A stretch of 64,000 nucleotides of DNA from assembly GCA_964035545.1 (NCBI GenBank), contig OZ037765.1, positions 1,550,001 through 1,614,000 of the forward strand. The letters are read 5' to 3'. A program made the position numbers and the translations under genes. Below, one piece after another: positions 25,183 through 40,743 of the stretch. A model generated the notes under the pieces. The model searched no databases. It was not told the origin of the DNA and worked only from the letters and a program-made list of their open reading frames with translations. The stretch's first letter is position 1, and each line of letters starts with the position of its first letter. The DNA comes from Bugula neritina. Its lineage: Eukaryota > Animalia > Bryozoa.

Positions 25183-28100
25183 TCAGACCAGCAGGTCATT
25201 ACCTTTCGCCTTTGGTGCATTTCCCGTATTGCCATAGAAATCGCACGTCCCGGGATCTCCTCGTCTCAGCTTCCTGTTAAGATTTAAACATAGAAAATCA
25301 AAATGAAGTAAAAGTAACTTAAAAACTATAAACGAATCATTGAAAACACCAAACTGAATAATCAGGTACACAAACAGTCACCGGTACACATTTAACATAA
25401 ACTGTCATGACAAAAACACTAGTTAAGTGAACACATCACACTAGAAATGCACATGTAATGATGAACAAAGCTTAGCTCCAACCTAATCATACACTCCTAA
25501 TGAGATATGATATCATCTATCAATCAATAAATCAATATGATGAGGAATGACTTCCTCAACGTGTAGCAATAAATTCATCAATAAAACTCATGAGATAACG
25601 CATGAAGATCTCAATGGACAGAAAAACCCTGAACCAGCAAACAAGAAACCAGAAGCTGTAATGCATCACTAAGAAGCAGCCAATAAAGAATGCCGTCTGC
25701 GTGACGTAATCCAAGGGTTATGCGTGGAACCTGTAAATGCTGGGCCACTTTAGAATTCGATCGGTCGACTAGAGAAGTCTTGAGTCAGCCAGTAATCCTG
25801 GATGCGATGTAAATAGATGTGCCCTCAGATGTTCAAGTAGATGCATTGGCAGCAATGCTTTGATGTGCAGTGCAGTTGGGGGGTACAAAGGTCACATGAA
25901 TTGAATATTTCTCACAAATTCCACCAAGTTCACCTATTTGCTTTGTCTAGACAGAGTTCAACTCTGGTTCAAACAACGAGTCCAACATTTAGTCATAACC
26001 AAATCTTGCAAGTGAAGGAGGAAAGAGTTTCCTGTGTGCGCAAGTTTTACAGTGATGCAATGCACCTCCACACAGCATCAAGCTCTTACATCATCTATGT
26101 GATCTGAAGTGAAGAGTGGCTTAAATTATCTCCGACTTTGAACTGTACACCATGTGAAGGGTGCTCAGAGTTACCTCAAGTTCTGTTGAAAGAGTTGCAC
26201 CGTCATTTTGAGTCATTGTAATCATATGATGACATAGAATATACTAGAGAATATACTGCGGAATATACTAGAGAATATACTAGAGCGCAATGCATACCCT
26301 CCAAGAGATGGCTCCTTAAAGTTGATACTTGCAGCAGCTCTACGGGATTTCCTCACAGGAACGTTGCTAAAATAGAAACACATCACAATTAATAAATAAC
26401 ATAATAAAAACATAATACAATACATACTGTATTGAAATTAAAGAGCAAGAATACCACGTAAAATTGTTATTCATCCAGAAACATGACTAGCATGCCCACA
26501 TCTGTCAGATAGCTGTGAGAGTTACTGAGAAGCAAGAACATGCCAAGTTCTGCTTACAAAGCATTGAGTGAAAACGTGCACTTGGCAAGTTCCAGTTGAA
26601 TCAGCACGGAGTAGTAGAAACAAAATAATACAGAAAAAAGGATGTGAAAGTGTTTTTTTAATTTGAGCTGATCAAATAGATTTACTGTAAAAGCTTTTAC
26701 CGAAGTAAAAGGCAACTAAGTATCTCAGAGTGCATGGGCAGTATGCCACTTAGGAGCAGGAGTGAAGAATTTGAGATAGCCTAAGTTCTTTAACTTCTTT
26801 ATTGAAATTCTTGCGAGAGCATAACTTCTTATGCTACATTTCTAATCTAGAACACAGGCTTTTCTCAATTCTCTATCACTGCACCTACTTCTAATATGCT
26901 GCCTATTTCAGAGCACACAAAGTAGTATGCTGCAGAACTTGCTAAAGTCAGCTCTAAGGGGTAGTGGCAGCTAGCACTAAACACTGCACTCATATCAAAA
27001 GACATGGTCTGATTGTATTACACCAGTTCTAGTGGTAAACCAGCCCAGTATAGGAAGATAAGGTCTCTTAGGGCGGTGGTGATGGTGGTAACACCACAGG
27101 CATGTACTAGAAACCCTTAGACCTGGCTCTGGTTCGTCAATAAATTATATAACTTGTGATAAGTGGGTGTGTTTATACAGAAGACACAGATAAGCTGGTG
27201 TCAGTTACAATAACATCTTGTCAAGAAATATACTTCATTATTCACCCAAAACTGTTAACTTTATGGATGTTCAGACTTAACAGATGAAGTGAATGTTTAG
27301 TCAAGACTAAGAGTAATATACACTTAATGGGACGATCCAGAGATACCCCAACCTATATGAAGAGTTTACTAAGGCTGTTATTCAATGCTAACAACTGGAG
27401 TCAATATATAAAAATATCAAATTTCTAGATATCCGAAATTAGATTAAAAACATCCGACTAAAACCAAAACAAAATGGCTGTTAGGGTTTAAAGTCCTACG
27501 CAATCACTTCCACAGTAGCTATTAATGCATGCACTAGCATTTCCAGTGAAAAAGGAAGAAAGATAATATTGGAATAGAGGTGGATTATTCAGCTACTTAA
27601 CCCAAGTTCTAGTTTCTATACAAAACTAAGGGCGAACTAGTACTCAAGTATTTAAACTATTTGAAGTTCAATTGAAAAGATAACATCAGATTCCTTGTTT
27701 TATTCAGTGATAGCCAGGAAATGATGTCACAGCCCGAACTTTCTCTTCGATCTTTCAGTGAAGAAATTAGATTTAAAGTTATAGAGGCAAAATGTGACAG
27801 AAATTAGTTAAATTACTGCCAGTCAGAACAGTATTTAATATAATGCTTGCACTGCTTCAACAGCAACTGATATGATCCACTGGAGACCAAACCTATAGAG
27901 AATAGACCTAAATAGATCCAATAAATAGAATACAACTGGCTTGACATCTACAGTCACACTAGCTTGACATCTACAGCATTGTCATAGTTCAGTAGATATC
28001 ACAACCAGCAGAAATGACTAACACCACTGAGTACTTTAATATCTGGCAGCAGCAAACCAAAAGCATTTAGTGAATCCAGTTTGAGTAGCCGTAGTTCAGT

Positions 28101-31100
28101 CAATTCTGTGTCTCATCAAGAGTGGGGCTTGTTTGAACAGGGTACAGCCCCCTCTCTAATTCTCAACAGAGACAATAAAACTTAATCTAAATTTCTTGGA
28201 TTTGCGCAATTAATAAAATGCAGCCCCACAGCAAATACGTATGTATTTTTATTTTATGAGTGCAAGATTTTAGTATGAACTTTGATCACAGGGTAACATG
28301 AATGTGTGTTTAGCATAAGGACTTGTTTCAATAGCCCAGGGGTTTGGCATAATTATTCTATAGCACCGAATCACAGTGCATTTACATACATAATGTAACA
28401 TTGCAGTGCACTTAACTCCAGTCTATATTCATCTTATTCTAAACATAACAACATCGTGTTTGAAATTCCCTTTGAATAAAGCTGGTAGTGGTTTTAAATT
28501 ATCAATTGCCAGCATCTATTAGTTGACTTTCACTTGTAAATAACTTTTGATTATAACATCAACTGCATATAATTATAAGTTCTTGCTTTGTTTCAGCACT
28601 TCCTTGCTTACAGCTCAAAAAAGAAAGAAAAATACAAATTAATTCAGCAACTTTATTACAGAGCTTTGTCTTGTAGGTTTACACTTATTATTGGAAAGAG
28701 TAACAATGAAATATTATTTCTGAAGTTTCCAGAATAAATCCAAACGCTCCAAGCAAATTGGCAGCTTATCAACACTTCAAGTCATCATAAATACTCAACA
28801 TTTTTGGCAAATACCCGAGTGAAAAGCGTGAACATTTGGAACGGGAGAGAAGCTTGTGATTCATCAACATATTTATCTCAAAAATGTAAATATTATTTTC
28901 AATCTAATCTGAAAGAGTGAGTGGTTACATTTTATAGATTCCATTTAGAGTTGGTAGGTTTTATATTGATTATTTATTGTGTGAATTACTGTATAGCCTA
29001 TATTTAAATGCCTTAACATTGCACATGATTTGAAACTCAAACTGAAGGTTAATGAATCTGCACTGACTGTGCATTATTATCACATAAGAGAAGTGTTACT
29101 AGGCTAAGATAATACTATTATATGCTTGCAGACATCTCTTGGTACGTTGGGACTACAACTTCTAATTATGATTTTAACAAAATCTGAAATAATAATTCAC
29201 TTTTTACGGAAATGAAACTGGTATTTTTTGGGTTCTCATTGCAACACACTTTTTCAACTCAATTTCCCACAAACCACTACATGGAAGAAACCTGCCAGAA
29301 TTTAAATGGGGTCAGCTGCAGGGTCAACATTTTAAAATTTAAGATGACCTTAAGATAACCTTTGTTAGATAGCTGCTAGCTAGCAGTCTACATAAAGTAG
29401 ACACAGTCATAACAGGCGTAGACTGTTTCCAGGGACCTCACATGATGTGCTAGTGCTGTTGTACCAGGCAGATGACTAATTATCACCAGTTCTTATGAAG
29501 TGGCCTTGTAAACGCATCAACATTAACAGCGCATCAACATTAACAGCGCACTGTATAGATTATCTAGAATAATGTATACATGTCACTGGAATGATGGCCT
29601 GATTGGCAGCTCACAGCAGTACAAACCACTCTGTCTATACTCGGCCAGCGGCAGCAAAATCATCTCCTGCGTTCATATATACTGCTGGGCCAATAGTCTA
29701 ACAGGTCTCACGCCAAATATTAACTTCTTAAAAACCACGGAAAGTGTCAAAAGCCAACAATTAAAGGAGAATTTCGTTCCATAGATTCAGAAGTGACCAG
29801 AAAACTCTGCGTTTATTAAATGTAATACACATCTTATTGTTGGTTCTTTCCAGCTCCCTCAAAACTATGAATTCTGTAACCACAAACCAGCACATAATAC
29901 GAGCCCCCTACCCTCCCCCCACCCCAGCATATTATATAAATATAACTCTGCTATAAACGCTTCAGCTAAATCACGTATCAAGAGAGGTAACTCCTTGCAA
30001 ACTGATCCACACAGAGATGTATAAACAGTAAGACTAGTTGGATGACTAAGTCAGTTAAATGAATATTTCATGAGAAATGAATCACTCACTGCATCTCATT
30101 GGCCTCAGGTCTAGTATCCCTACATTTAGTATCTTCAGTGTTGTGTGGTGTGGGAGAGCCCACTTTCCCTTCTGTAATACACAAACTATATTAGTATTAT
30201 ACTACAGAGCTGTTATGTTGTGCTCATTGTAAACACATAATTATATCTAGGAATCATAACTTGTATGAGTCAACATAGCTTACTCTGCTCTCTACTTGTA
30301 ATTGCTAAGCAACACTTGGAGTAGTGATAGAGCAAAATTCAAAAGCATCCCAATTCCTGTTTTAACGAAACTATGACAGCATTTACTAGAAAGCTAAATA
30401 TCTTTTTGTAGCAAACTAAGAACTAGGGCTATTAGACACATAGTACGGGACATGAAGGAACCCACCCTTACTACTGGAAGCCCGCAGTTTCAACTTTGTA
30501 GCAGACTCAGAGGTCAGAGTCCTATCGGCAGCGCTGTCAACTAGAGACGTGTCTGGAGAGGACAAGATGATCGTCTTTCTCTTTCGACGTCTCTTATTCA
30601 CCTGCACCAGGGAAACATCGGCAACTGAGTCTTTCCTGTCCTTGACAATAACACGTGACGTTGTGTCGGCATCTGTAACATTTCCGGGGTCTGGATCCAC
30701 CCCTGCTAGCTTTTCAGAGTCTGGATCCGCTCCTGCAGCTCTCATAAGGTCTGAATCTACCCTTGTCACTGGTGGGGAGTCTGCATCCACCCCTGGTTTG
30801 TCTGCAATGCCCGTATTTACACAACCCCTCTTTTCAGGAGTTACTCGCTTTTTCTGCAGGAAAATTTCTTCATCAGAGTTATCTTCAACATAGCATACAA
30901 CTTTCTTCCTTCTACTTCGTCTTTCCTCTGTCCCCCTAGTTTCTCTCCTCTCTGTCTCCACCCCCTGTTCAGTCAGCTTCCCTTTGCGAGGTTTCCTCCA
31001 CCTCTGCTTAGAGCTGCTCTCGCTGTCAACTGGGTCAGCATTAACTGACCTGGCAGCATCACCTGACCTGACAGCATTACCTGACCTGGCAGCATTACCT

Positions 31101-34100
31101 GACCTGGCAGCTTTTGATTTTAACGACTTCTTATTCTCAGGTCTCTTTGCCGCGGACTCAGCTTCCACCTCGACTTTGAGAGTCTTCTGCTTCTCGTTGA
31201 ACTCCTTGAGGGAGACAACTCTGTCCACTATAGTGTCCGAGAGGGACAGGTCAAATACGTCCCGCAGTTTAGACGGTTTCTCTGGAGGCTGTGGCTACAA
31301 GGAAACCAGGCTAAGCATGAGAAAACCTTTCTTTTTAAACTTTGCACAAAGCAAGACAAGAAAAATCAAAGAGTTTATAACTTAGTCTGCGAAGATACAG
31401 AAATCCCCTTCAAAATGTCATTAAACTAGCAATTAATTAAGACACATCTGTAAGATATCGTGTACTAGCAAAGGGCTGGAAGTTTTTCTCATCATTATTT
31501 AGAGTGAATGGCCTATTACCATAAAAATAGGCTAATCAACTAGCCACACCAATCAGTGTCTAGCCACTACCAGATAAAGGCATGGCTTTACCAGATGGAC
31601 TCCTGAGAATAAAGCTGTCCACCTAGAGTGAGTGCGTTACACCTTCCACTCACACTACACACTACACAGGGCAAAGGGGGGACTTAGAGTTCACGGCAAA
31701 ACATCCACATTCTTCAACCAACCAGAGCCTTGATTAGGAAAGTTAAATTAAAAAACACAGCTTCATGGTTTCCTAGAACTCTTTCACAGTGGTCCTGGCA
31801 GACATTCTATTCCAGTCTCACAACAAAGATATCAGAGAAAAATTTCATCAAATATTAGAAATTTCCTTATCTATCAAATAAATTATAAATAGAAATCAAT
31901 TCATTGACATCTAGACCTCACAAACACCTCTACCTGCTGATTTTTCTTTCTGCGTTTCGTTCTCACCGGTCCTCCGTCCCGGCTTCCCACCGTGACCTTC
32001 ATTTGACCTCCCTTACACTGAATCTCCATCTGCCGAACTGGGGGAGCAACTTCTGATGGCGCAGGTAATGGTGCAGCGGGTTTACAAGGAGATTTCTCCA
32101 CCTGCGCATTTTCCTCTTCCACCTGACTGTCACATGCCACAGGTGACCTGCCGAGTAGCTCAGGTGGACTATCGGCAGGTGCTTCAGGTGCTTCTTCCTT
32201 CTCCTTGACAACATAAACAGGTGAAACATCTTATAGAATATTATGTCATAGATCCAGCTGGACGTTAACCTATAGTTTAATACTTCAATGTTCCCTTATG
32301 TCAAATATATATCTTTGAAAACATATGCCCAATAAGCAATTCGTGTGAATGACTTTTCAAATTTGTACAAAAATAAACTTATATCAGCAAGTTTGAGATA
32401 TGAGAAGGTGAAGGAGTTGAACTAGTTATAGAAGGCAGTCACCACATTATTGTAGTAACAGCTGGAGATGTTACATAACTCTGATATACATCAAATCTGC
32501 TCAAACATATAACATATTACTACAAGAGATAATGTAATTCCATGGTCTGTTACTGCAAACATTTTGATAAAAACACTACAAAGAGAAGCTAACAAACTAC
32601 AAACCCAGAAACAATGATAAAGAAAACAGAAACTATTATAATTACGTAAGACATTACTCATAACACCAGCAGAATTTAGACTGATGGTTTCCAAGCTGCT
32701 AAAAGGAACTGCTAAGGCCGGTACAGACTAAGCACCAGTTCAAGTTATCCTCTCAACACACACAGAGAAACCATAACCATGTGAATATACATGGCGGAAA
32801 TTCCGCATTCTTGTTGTATGAGATTTTCATGTCTGATTTGATAGCAGACGTCAAACAATGAGTGGATGATTGATCCCGAAGACAACTGAATGTAGATATT
32901 TCATGACGTTGCTTTACAAGTTACGACAAGTTTATCAACAAGGGAGGGTGACGAGTGATAGCTGGGTTCAGAGTGCGAGTGACTTCGATGATCACATGAT
33001 GAAACTCAGCTCGAGATGCTATTATATTTACAGGAAAGAAGAGGGGTGTCGTGTGAAGAGCCCAACAACATGTGAAGGAGCTGATACTAAAGCTAGGAGG
33101 ACAAAAGTCAAATCATGGCTTTCAACTACAAGTTTTATAGATATCGGATGAATATTAGGAAATATTCTAAAGAGTTAGATTATTCTTTGTTGTAGCCACA
33201 GCTAGTAACGTAGAATAGCTGAGGAATCTCGAAGTTCCAACACGATGGAGGGAACTTTCACGGGCGAAACACATCAGGAGAAAAGTAGCTCAGGACTCCT
33301 TTATTCAACCAACCAAGTCTAGTAACACAGCGTCAGTATAGATCGAAACAACTGCATGATTATTTTGTGTTTAAATTTCTGTTTAATGAAACTGAACTAC
33401 TAGTGGCTTCTACATAATGTAGACAACTCCTAAATGTATAGTTATTTGTCACGTCATGTGATTGAAATGGGAAATCTTTGCTAAAATTTTAGGTTTTGCT
33501 TGCTACACGATTGGAGTTTCCCCACTGAACAGGGAAAACTTTTTACAAACCCAGGAGTTATGAAAAGACAACTCCATAATCTTAATATATTTCTATTCAC
33601 AGAAAGTTCTCTATACAAAGGGCAGAGTTGGTACTAAAACGAGCTAGAAGTTAAAATTTATAAGGAGTTGCAAAACTAGATAAAATACAAGCAGGTAAAT
33701 CAACATGAATACATATATAGTTTATGAGTAGAAAACCACAACACTATTGTACCTGCGCTTGATTGGGCACAGTCTCTGTTTCATCATCACTAGAATCGTC
33801 AGCCTGAAAATAGAAGTGATATTGTGGAAAGACAACTTCTAGAATCATTGAAATTATCTGTAGACACAAACTAGTGCATTATACGATCCCACATTATACA
33901 GTATATTATATGATCCCACATTATACAGTATATTATACGATCCCACATTATACAGTATATTATACGATCCCACATTATACAGTATACATGTATATATGCT
34001 GGAAAGCCCTTTAGATAGCACTATTCAATACTGTAATAAGACAACTCTCAGAAACAAGCTGAGACAGGAGCAGACGACTGATAAAACTTTGCATGGCTAT

Positions 34101-37100
34101 AATAAATTCCAGAAAACATTAAAGTCTCACCAGTAATATGGATCCATTCTCGTTGGCGATACTATCAGCCGTGTGGTCCTTCACACAGTATGTTTGACGT
34201 CTCGCCTTTAAATACAATACAATACAGTACAATACACACATGCTATGTAGTACTTCCTACACTACACTATATTATACTACAGCAATGTGCTAAAGTAGTG
34301 CTGGTGTTCCAACACATTGCCAGTAACAGCCTGCAACTATCACACAACAACCTGAACTACACTAAATACTATACAGAAGGATATCCAAATGTTGATAAAT
34401 GAACACATCAAGTCTATCCTCTCTCGTAGTTAGCAAAAAGATAGTCAACCTCTAGCAGTGCCCGCAGGTAAAATATAGACAACATCTAGCAGCGCCCCAC
34501 AGGTAAAATATAGAGACATCTTGGGGCCTGATCTTCTCAGAATAGTTAGAACTACTGCATAAAATCGGCTGAGAAATACTTTGACTACAATGTGCGGCCT
34601 GGTGTAAGGAAGACAAGAATGAAAGAGAAAAACCTCATTAGATTCTGAGCGCTGGCTGTTACACGGCAGAGTTGAGACCAGTTACTAAGTTCACATATCA
34701 GATGTTATCCACAGAAAATCTGCTGATCAGACTGATGGAGAGATGACAACTCACCTGTTTGCTGGAGAATATTTTAGGGGGAGACAACTGAACAAAGAAC
34801 TTCTCCGCCACGCCTTTCAGCAGCTTCTCAGTCTCATCCCCCTGACCAGAGTTTAGTCTTATAATTTGAGTTTGACGTCGCGAGCGGCTGACTGCAGTAG
34901 CCTCTTTCCTAGCCAGTTCCTTCGCCTGTTCCAGCTTGGCGAGAGAACTGCAACATAACCCGATATGATTAGTAGAATGAGACTAAACTTATATGTTGGA
35001 GTTGCACCCCCACCGCATCTATTACTTATAACAAAGCCTACTAGAAGCATTTTCGGGATTTTAATACAAATTTCCAAGAAATGGTAAAATCATTTTATTA
35101 AAACATCAAGATTCATGAAATGTTTTTGTAAACCATTTTATTGTTTCACCCGCAATAAACTCAATGATTAGATTCGCTCAACAGTTTGGTGATGATTAAA
35201 GTTAGAAGTAAGTTTTGAGCAGAAACCGGATAAAAATGTTATTTATAATTCATTACACTCGCTCTCTATTCTGGCTAACAATTCTCAGCACCTCTTTAGA
35301 CGTTCGTTATTTAAGTGCATAAGAAAACTTATCATTGACAACAAATTTGTGTGTAAACCAATCGTAATAGCACATAAATAGCTCCGCCCACCTTCCTACA
35401 GGTATTTCATCATAAGGAATGGAGGGCGGGTTACTGAGTCGAGGTGCCGGGGCATCCTCCTCTACTCCCTCGTAGCTCCTCGACTTTGCATCTCCCCGAG
35501 AAGTGTCTAGAGTGTTGCGGCGTGACATGACGACCTCCGGCAGCTGCTGCCCTTTCCTAACACCAGCGCCCTCTGGTGAGTGGCTGACAGGGGCTGCTGC
35601 AGAGTAAACTGTATCCAGTAACTTCACATCTGCAGAGAATCACAACACTGAGATAGTAACTTCCAGTTCAAAAGTTTTAGTCAGCATTACAAAACATTCC
35701 TGAAATTTTAATGAAATAATATTTTGCAAACAGTCATATTATATGTTAGATTAAATGCTAGATCACGTGTTATATTGTGTTAAGTAATTGATATTAAACT
35801 ATTTCATATTAAACTATAAACAAGTTATACTAAGTCAACAATTCTAGCCTAGATATAAGAAAAGCTTCTCCGTTTATTGAGTGATTAGCTAAGCTCTAAC
35901 CTTGACCTTTTGACCTCTTGCTTCCTCCCAAGTCATCACTTTCACAAGTTCCGCCCACATCATCACCAGATCTTCTCAGAGACTCTCTTACTGTCAACAG
36001 GAAGTAGAAAAACGTGAAGAGAACTGCAGCTAAGTTCAAGGACATCCAAAGAGCAGCTGATCTATTTATGAACTAGTTTATATGATTATGTATTATAATA
36101 TACCAATTAGAAATTGTACAGCTTATTTAATGTAGTTTAAATATAATTATTATATAATTACATTGTATTGATAATTGTTATATATAATACTCATTAATAT
36201 AATGTCCCCACTGTATGGTAATTATAAGATAATGCTGCACATTACGATGTACTAGACTTCTCAAGAAATAATAGAAAGTCTGGTCCCCTGTCTCCAGTTC
36301 TAAAGGCCTGGCCATATACTCGTGAAAATCACACGAAATCGTCTATTTGATACGAAAAAACAATCGTACGAGAAAATTTGAGGAAATTCAAACGAAATCG
36401 TCTTCGTTGGGTGTACACAACGATGACAATGGACGAAAAATCACAATCAACAATAGGCACCATTTGATTGGTTAATAGAATTTTAGCAACAGTAATTATT
36501 TCATTTCTACCATGTTTTTTTATTTGGCAATTTTCTGTTGTTTGTATCTCGTGCAAGACTCATTCAATGTCCGACGAGTGTGTGGCTGGTCATAACGAGA
36601 GGATAACTCACGAAAATTGTCACACAATTTCGTGTGATTCTCACGAGCATGAGGCCAAGCCTCAATGGTAAAGTCAGGTATAACGTGATAGAATCTACTA
36701 GGTAGTCTACACTGCAACATATGACCTACATCTCTTGGTCCGTCTTTTACTCCTCGTCACATTAGCCGGCAGGAAGTCATCGTCGGCAGCATTGTCGTCT
36801 CTCGAGTCAGCAACAGGGATACTCGATTTACGGTTGGCTTCAGCGGCAGTTTCAATCACTGAAGTTAGAGGTGACAATATATAGATGTAACAGAGCCAAT
36901 AGAGTACTAATAGTTAGTAGTATACTCTGTAGAGTGTAGAGTATAGCCTGTGGTCAAATATACTATAGAGTGAGAGTTACCACTAGATAGCCTGTGGTCA
37001 AATATACTATAGAGTAAGAGTTACCACTAGATAGCCAGTGATTTAATATACTATAGAGTAAGGGTTACCGCTAGATAGCCTGTGGTCAAATATACTATAG

Positions 37101-40100
37101 AGTGAGAGTTACCACTAGATAGCCTGTGGTCTAATATACTATAGAGTGAGAGTTACCGCTAGATAGCCTGTGGTCTAATATACTATAGAGTAAGAGTTAC
37201 CACTAGATAGCCTGTGGTCTAATATACTATAGAGTGAGAGTTACCACTAGATAGCCTGTGGTCAAATATACTATAGAGTGAGAGTTACCGCTAGATAGCC
37301 TGTGGTCTAATATACTATAGAGTGAGAGTTACCACTAGATAGCCTGTGGTCTAATATACTATAGAGTAAGAGTTACCACTAGATAGCCTGTGGTCTCTGT
37401 CGTGATCTTCGTCTGTCACAGAGACATCTATGTTAGAGGAAAAGGCATCATCAGATGACGACTTGGAGGGATAGACAGATCTAAAACAGTAACACATGAC
37501 ATATATTATTATACAGAGTATACAGAGTATACAGAGTATACAGAGTATACAGAGTATACAGAGTATACAGAGTATACAGAGTATACAGAGTATACAGAGT
37601 GTACAGAGTAGAGTATACAGAGTAGAGTATACAGAGTAGAGTATACAGAGTATACAGAGTATACAGAGTATACAGAGTATACAGACTAGAGTATACAGAG
37701 TAGAGTATACAGAGTATACAGAGTAGAGTATACAGAGTAGAGTATACAGAGTAGAGTATACAGAGTATACAGAGTATACAGAGTATACAGAGTATACTCT
37801 GTATACTCTGTATACTCTGTATACTCTGTATACAGAGTATACAGAGTATACAGAGTATACAGAGTATACAGAGTATACAGAGTATACAGAGTATACAGAG
37901 TATACAGAGTATACAGAGTATACAGAGTAGAGTATACAGAGTATACAGAGTAGAGTATACAGAGTATACAGAGTAGAGTATACAGAGTATACAGAGTATA
38001 CAGAGTAGAGTATACAGAGTAGAGTATACAGAGTAGAGACACACAGCGTGTAGAAAGGCAGACCAGCACCTGTGTGGGTAGTTGAAGGCGGTGGGTGTGG
38101 CCATCTGAGTCATCTCCAGGGTGTCCTTCACCACATCGTCTAGACTCTGCACTGGCAAATCATCGCACAGCATCATAGTCTCGTGCAGTTCTTCAGATAA
38201 CATTTGGTGGAATTTAGCTGCAGATTCCAGCTTCCTCTTCAGCCTTCCCATCTTCAGCTGCGACAATATACAACATCAAACTGAATAGTGCACCACAGAC
38301 ATCGTAATATTACTTCTACCACAGGTGAGTGAAACTATCGGACCAGTCCAAATTATACATTTACCTGAAACTCCATGAGTACCGATAAATCAACTAATCG
38401 GTAGAATTCTGATAGACATTCATAGGAAAATGCTCTGAGAAAACAACTCTAAATAATTAAAACAAGCAGTTGAATTACTTACAGAGATTCTGCGTTGTAC
38501 TTCTGCTTCGATAGCTTTGCTAGAGGTGTCTGTTAACCGTCTCAGCACTGAGATCTTGGCACTCTGCTCCTGATATAGAGATGTGAGAGTTACGGTAGAG
38601 TATTATGATTGGAGGATGTGGAATAACAATAAACTAGAATCACAAACTGTATTCACAGTCATGGTAATCATGTTTAAAAGAACAAATTCCTCTTCCAGAT
38701 CTGTCAGTCAAATCCATAATTGCTCAGCTTATAAACTGTGTATAATATCTAATCGCACTATAAACGAATCAACACCAAACACAGCCCTTTTCTCTATAGC
38801 AGGTAGTAACAGGTAATAGCAGACAGTGACAGGTAGTGGCAGGTAGTGTCAGATAGAGGCAGGTAGTAGCGGGTAGTGGCAGGTAGTCCTACACTTACCT
38901 GCTTATCTTGCTCTAATTCCATGACTTTTCTAGCGAGACTAGCCGTTTCCTGTTTGCTGATATCCAGAGCTCGAGCTAAGTTCTTGTTGTTAGTCTTCAG
39001 TGATTGTTTGTAGAGTATGCTCGATGACAAGTTGCCACCTGGAAGTAAATGACGCCTCTACTTTTTATGGTAGACCACACTTAGTATGTCATATTATGAT
39101 AGAGGTTTGCTAACTCTAACGAGTGTGAATAACTCGCTCAATATACTCGTACTATCCAGCAATCTTAAGGAACTAGAACAAGAACTAATCAAATTTCTGA
39201 AATACTAATACTTAACCAATTATATGCATCTGCCAGAACTTGTATTTATTCTCCCCTGGTCCAGGGAAAAATTCAAATAGAGTTATAAACTACAATCACC
39301 TTATAACTACACATGTATAAGACTGAACACAGACAGTCTTTAAACCAGTTCAATTGATTAACCTTTTATTGCTAATGATGAAACTTTTTAGGTCAACAAT
39401 CCACTTTCACAGCCAATTGGATTAAAGAAATAGACGCTACATTCAACATTCACTATCAAATATTAAAAGGTTTTACTAAATAATGTCAAATCAAAAAACT
39501 TTCAAAAAAATAAAGCATGATAATGGCGCACCGGATTTGATGCCCACATTGACATTACGTCTGCTTCCTTTCACCAAACTCCTGTTCAGTTTGGCCACCG
39601 GTGTTGCAAAAAATCGTTTCTGAGCCTGAAACAGGAAACACTAATAGAATAATTTATAATTCGGCAAAGAGTTGTCTTCACAATGTCTTTAATAATCCCC
39701 TACTTTCTAGATCTGCAGACGACTTTCCAGTAAAGTAGAAGATACAACATACAACTAGTTAAGTATTACTAACTTTTCAACACCTTTTATGTCTCCATCT
39801 CTAACCATTAATACTCAAGTTTTACTACAGAAACTAGTTCATAATATATATAGAGAGAGAAAGCAACTTCGCACAATCTAAACAACCAGTGAATTGCCTG
39901 TAAATATTACATTTAGTCAAGACAAAGTTAAATGCTGAATATTTGAAATATTATTTCCATTAATTCTAAAACTCAAAATTTACAACTTTGTTCATCAAGT
40001 GAGCAACAAAATAATTTATCCTATAACAATAAACATTGAGCAGTGTGTAGAACATGACTTGTTAATTTATTTATATTATCACTAGTAACTGTATTATAAA

Positions 40101-40648
40101 TCAACAAATTGCTTTATTTAAACCATTCCTGGCTAATTCTTGATGACTTTTCTTAATGGGAGACAAAAACTTTTTTGACTGTCAACTTTGATATAAAACT
40201 AGCTACAGTATCAATTTCTTCAATTATTATTTAGCAAATTCTGACACAACTGATAAAACTGAATCATAAAAATTGAAAAATTCCATTGCCTACACTGCTT
40301 GCCAAGATTCATGTTCTTACATGCCTTTACTAACGAAATCGATTTTAATTTGATTCATAAAAGTTGTAATAAGTCATAACAATAACAATCTACAATTACA
40401 TTGAGGTATATAAAATCGAAAGTGTTAGACTAAAAATTATAGTTGATAAATCATTAATATCAATTAAGGATTTAACGTTAGTAAATACTCTATTTTTAAA
40501 TATTTAACATTGAAAATTTGGCCTTGGACTTCGAAATAGTTACTTATAGAGTAACTAACTCTGGTTGATTAGACTAAACTCACAACTTCTTAAACTTAGT
40601 AATATAATCATTACCTCCTTTGGGTGATCCCTTGTATTTTTTTTACTC

Positions 40649-40743
<95 letters not shown>

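Noticed and set aside
25530-25620. C/D snoRNA-like ATGATGA
   Set aside because: Wrong strand for the host intron, and no convincing D box or terminal stem.
30549-31385. Plus-strand ORFs of 114 and 133 aa
   Set aside because: Antisense shadows of the large shugoshin exon.
32714-33460. Possible transposon fragment with a 93-aa ORF in a shugoshin intron
   Set aside because: No matching terminal repeat or recognisable domain found by eye.
37481-38069. Cys/Ile/Leu-rich or Tyr/Thr/Leu-rich protein
   Set aside because: Intronic 9-bp satellite. Only 38070-~38258 is a shugoshin exon.
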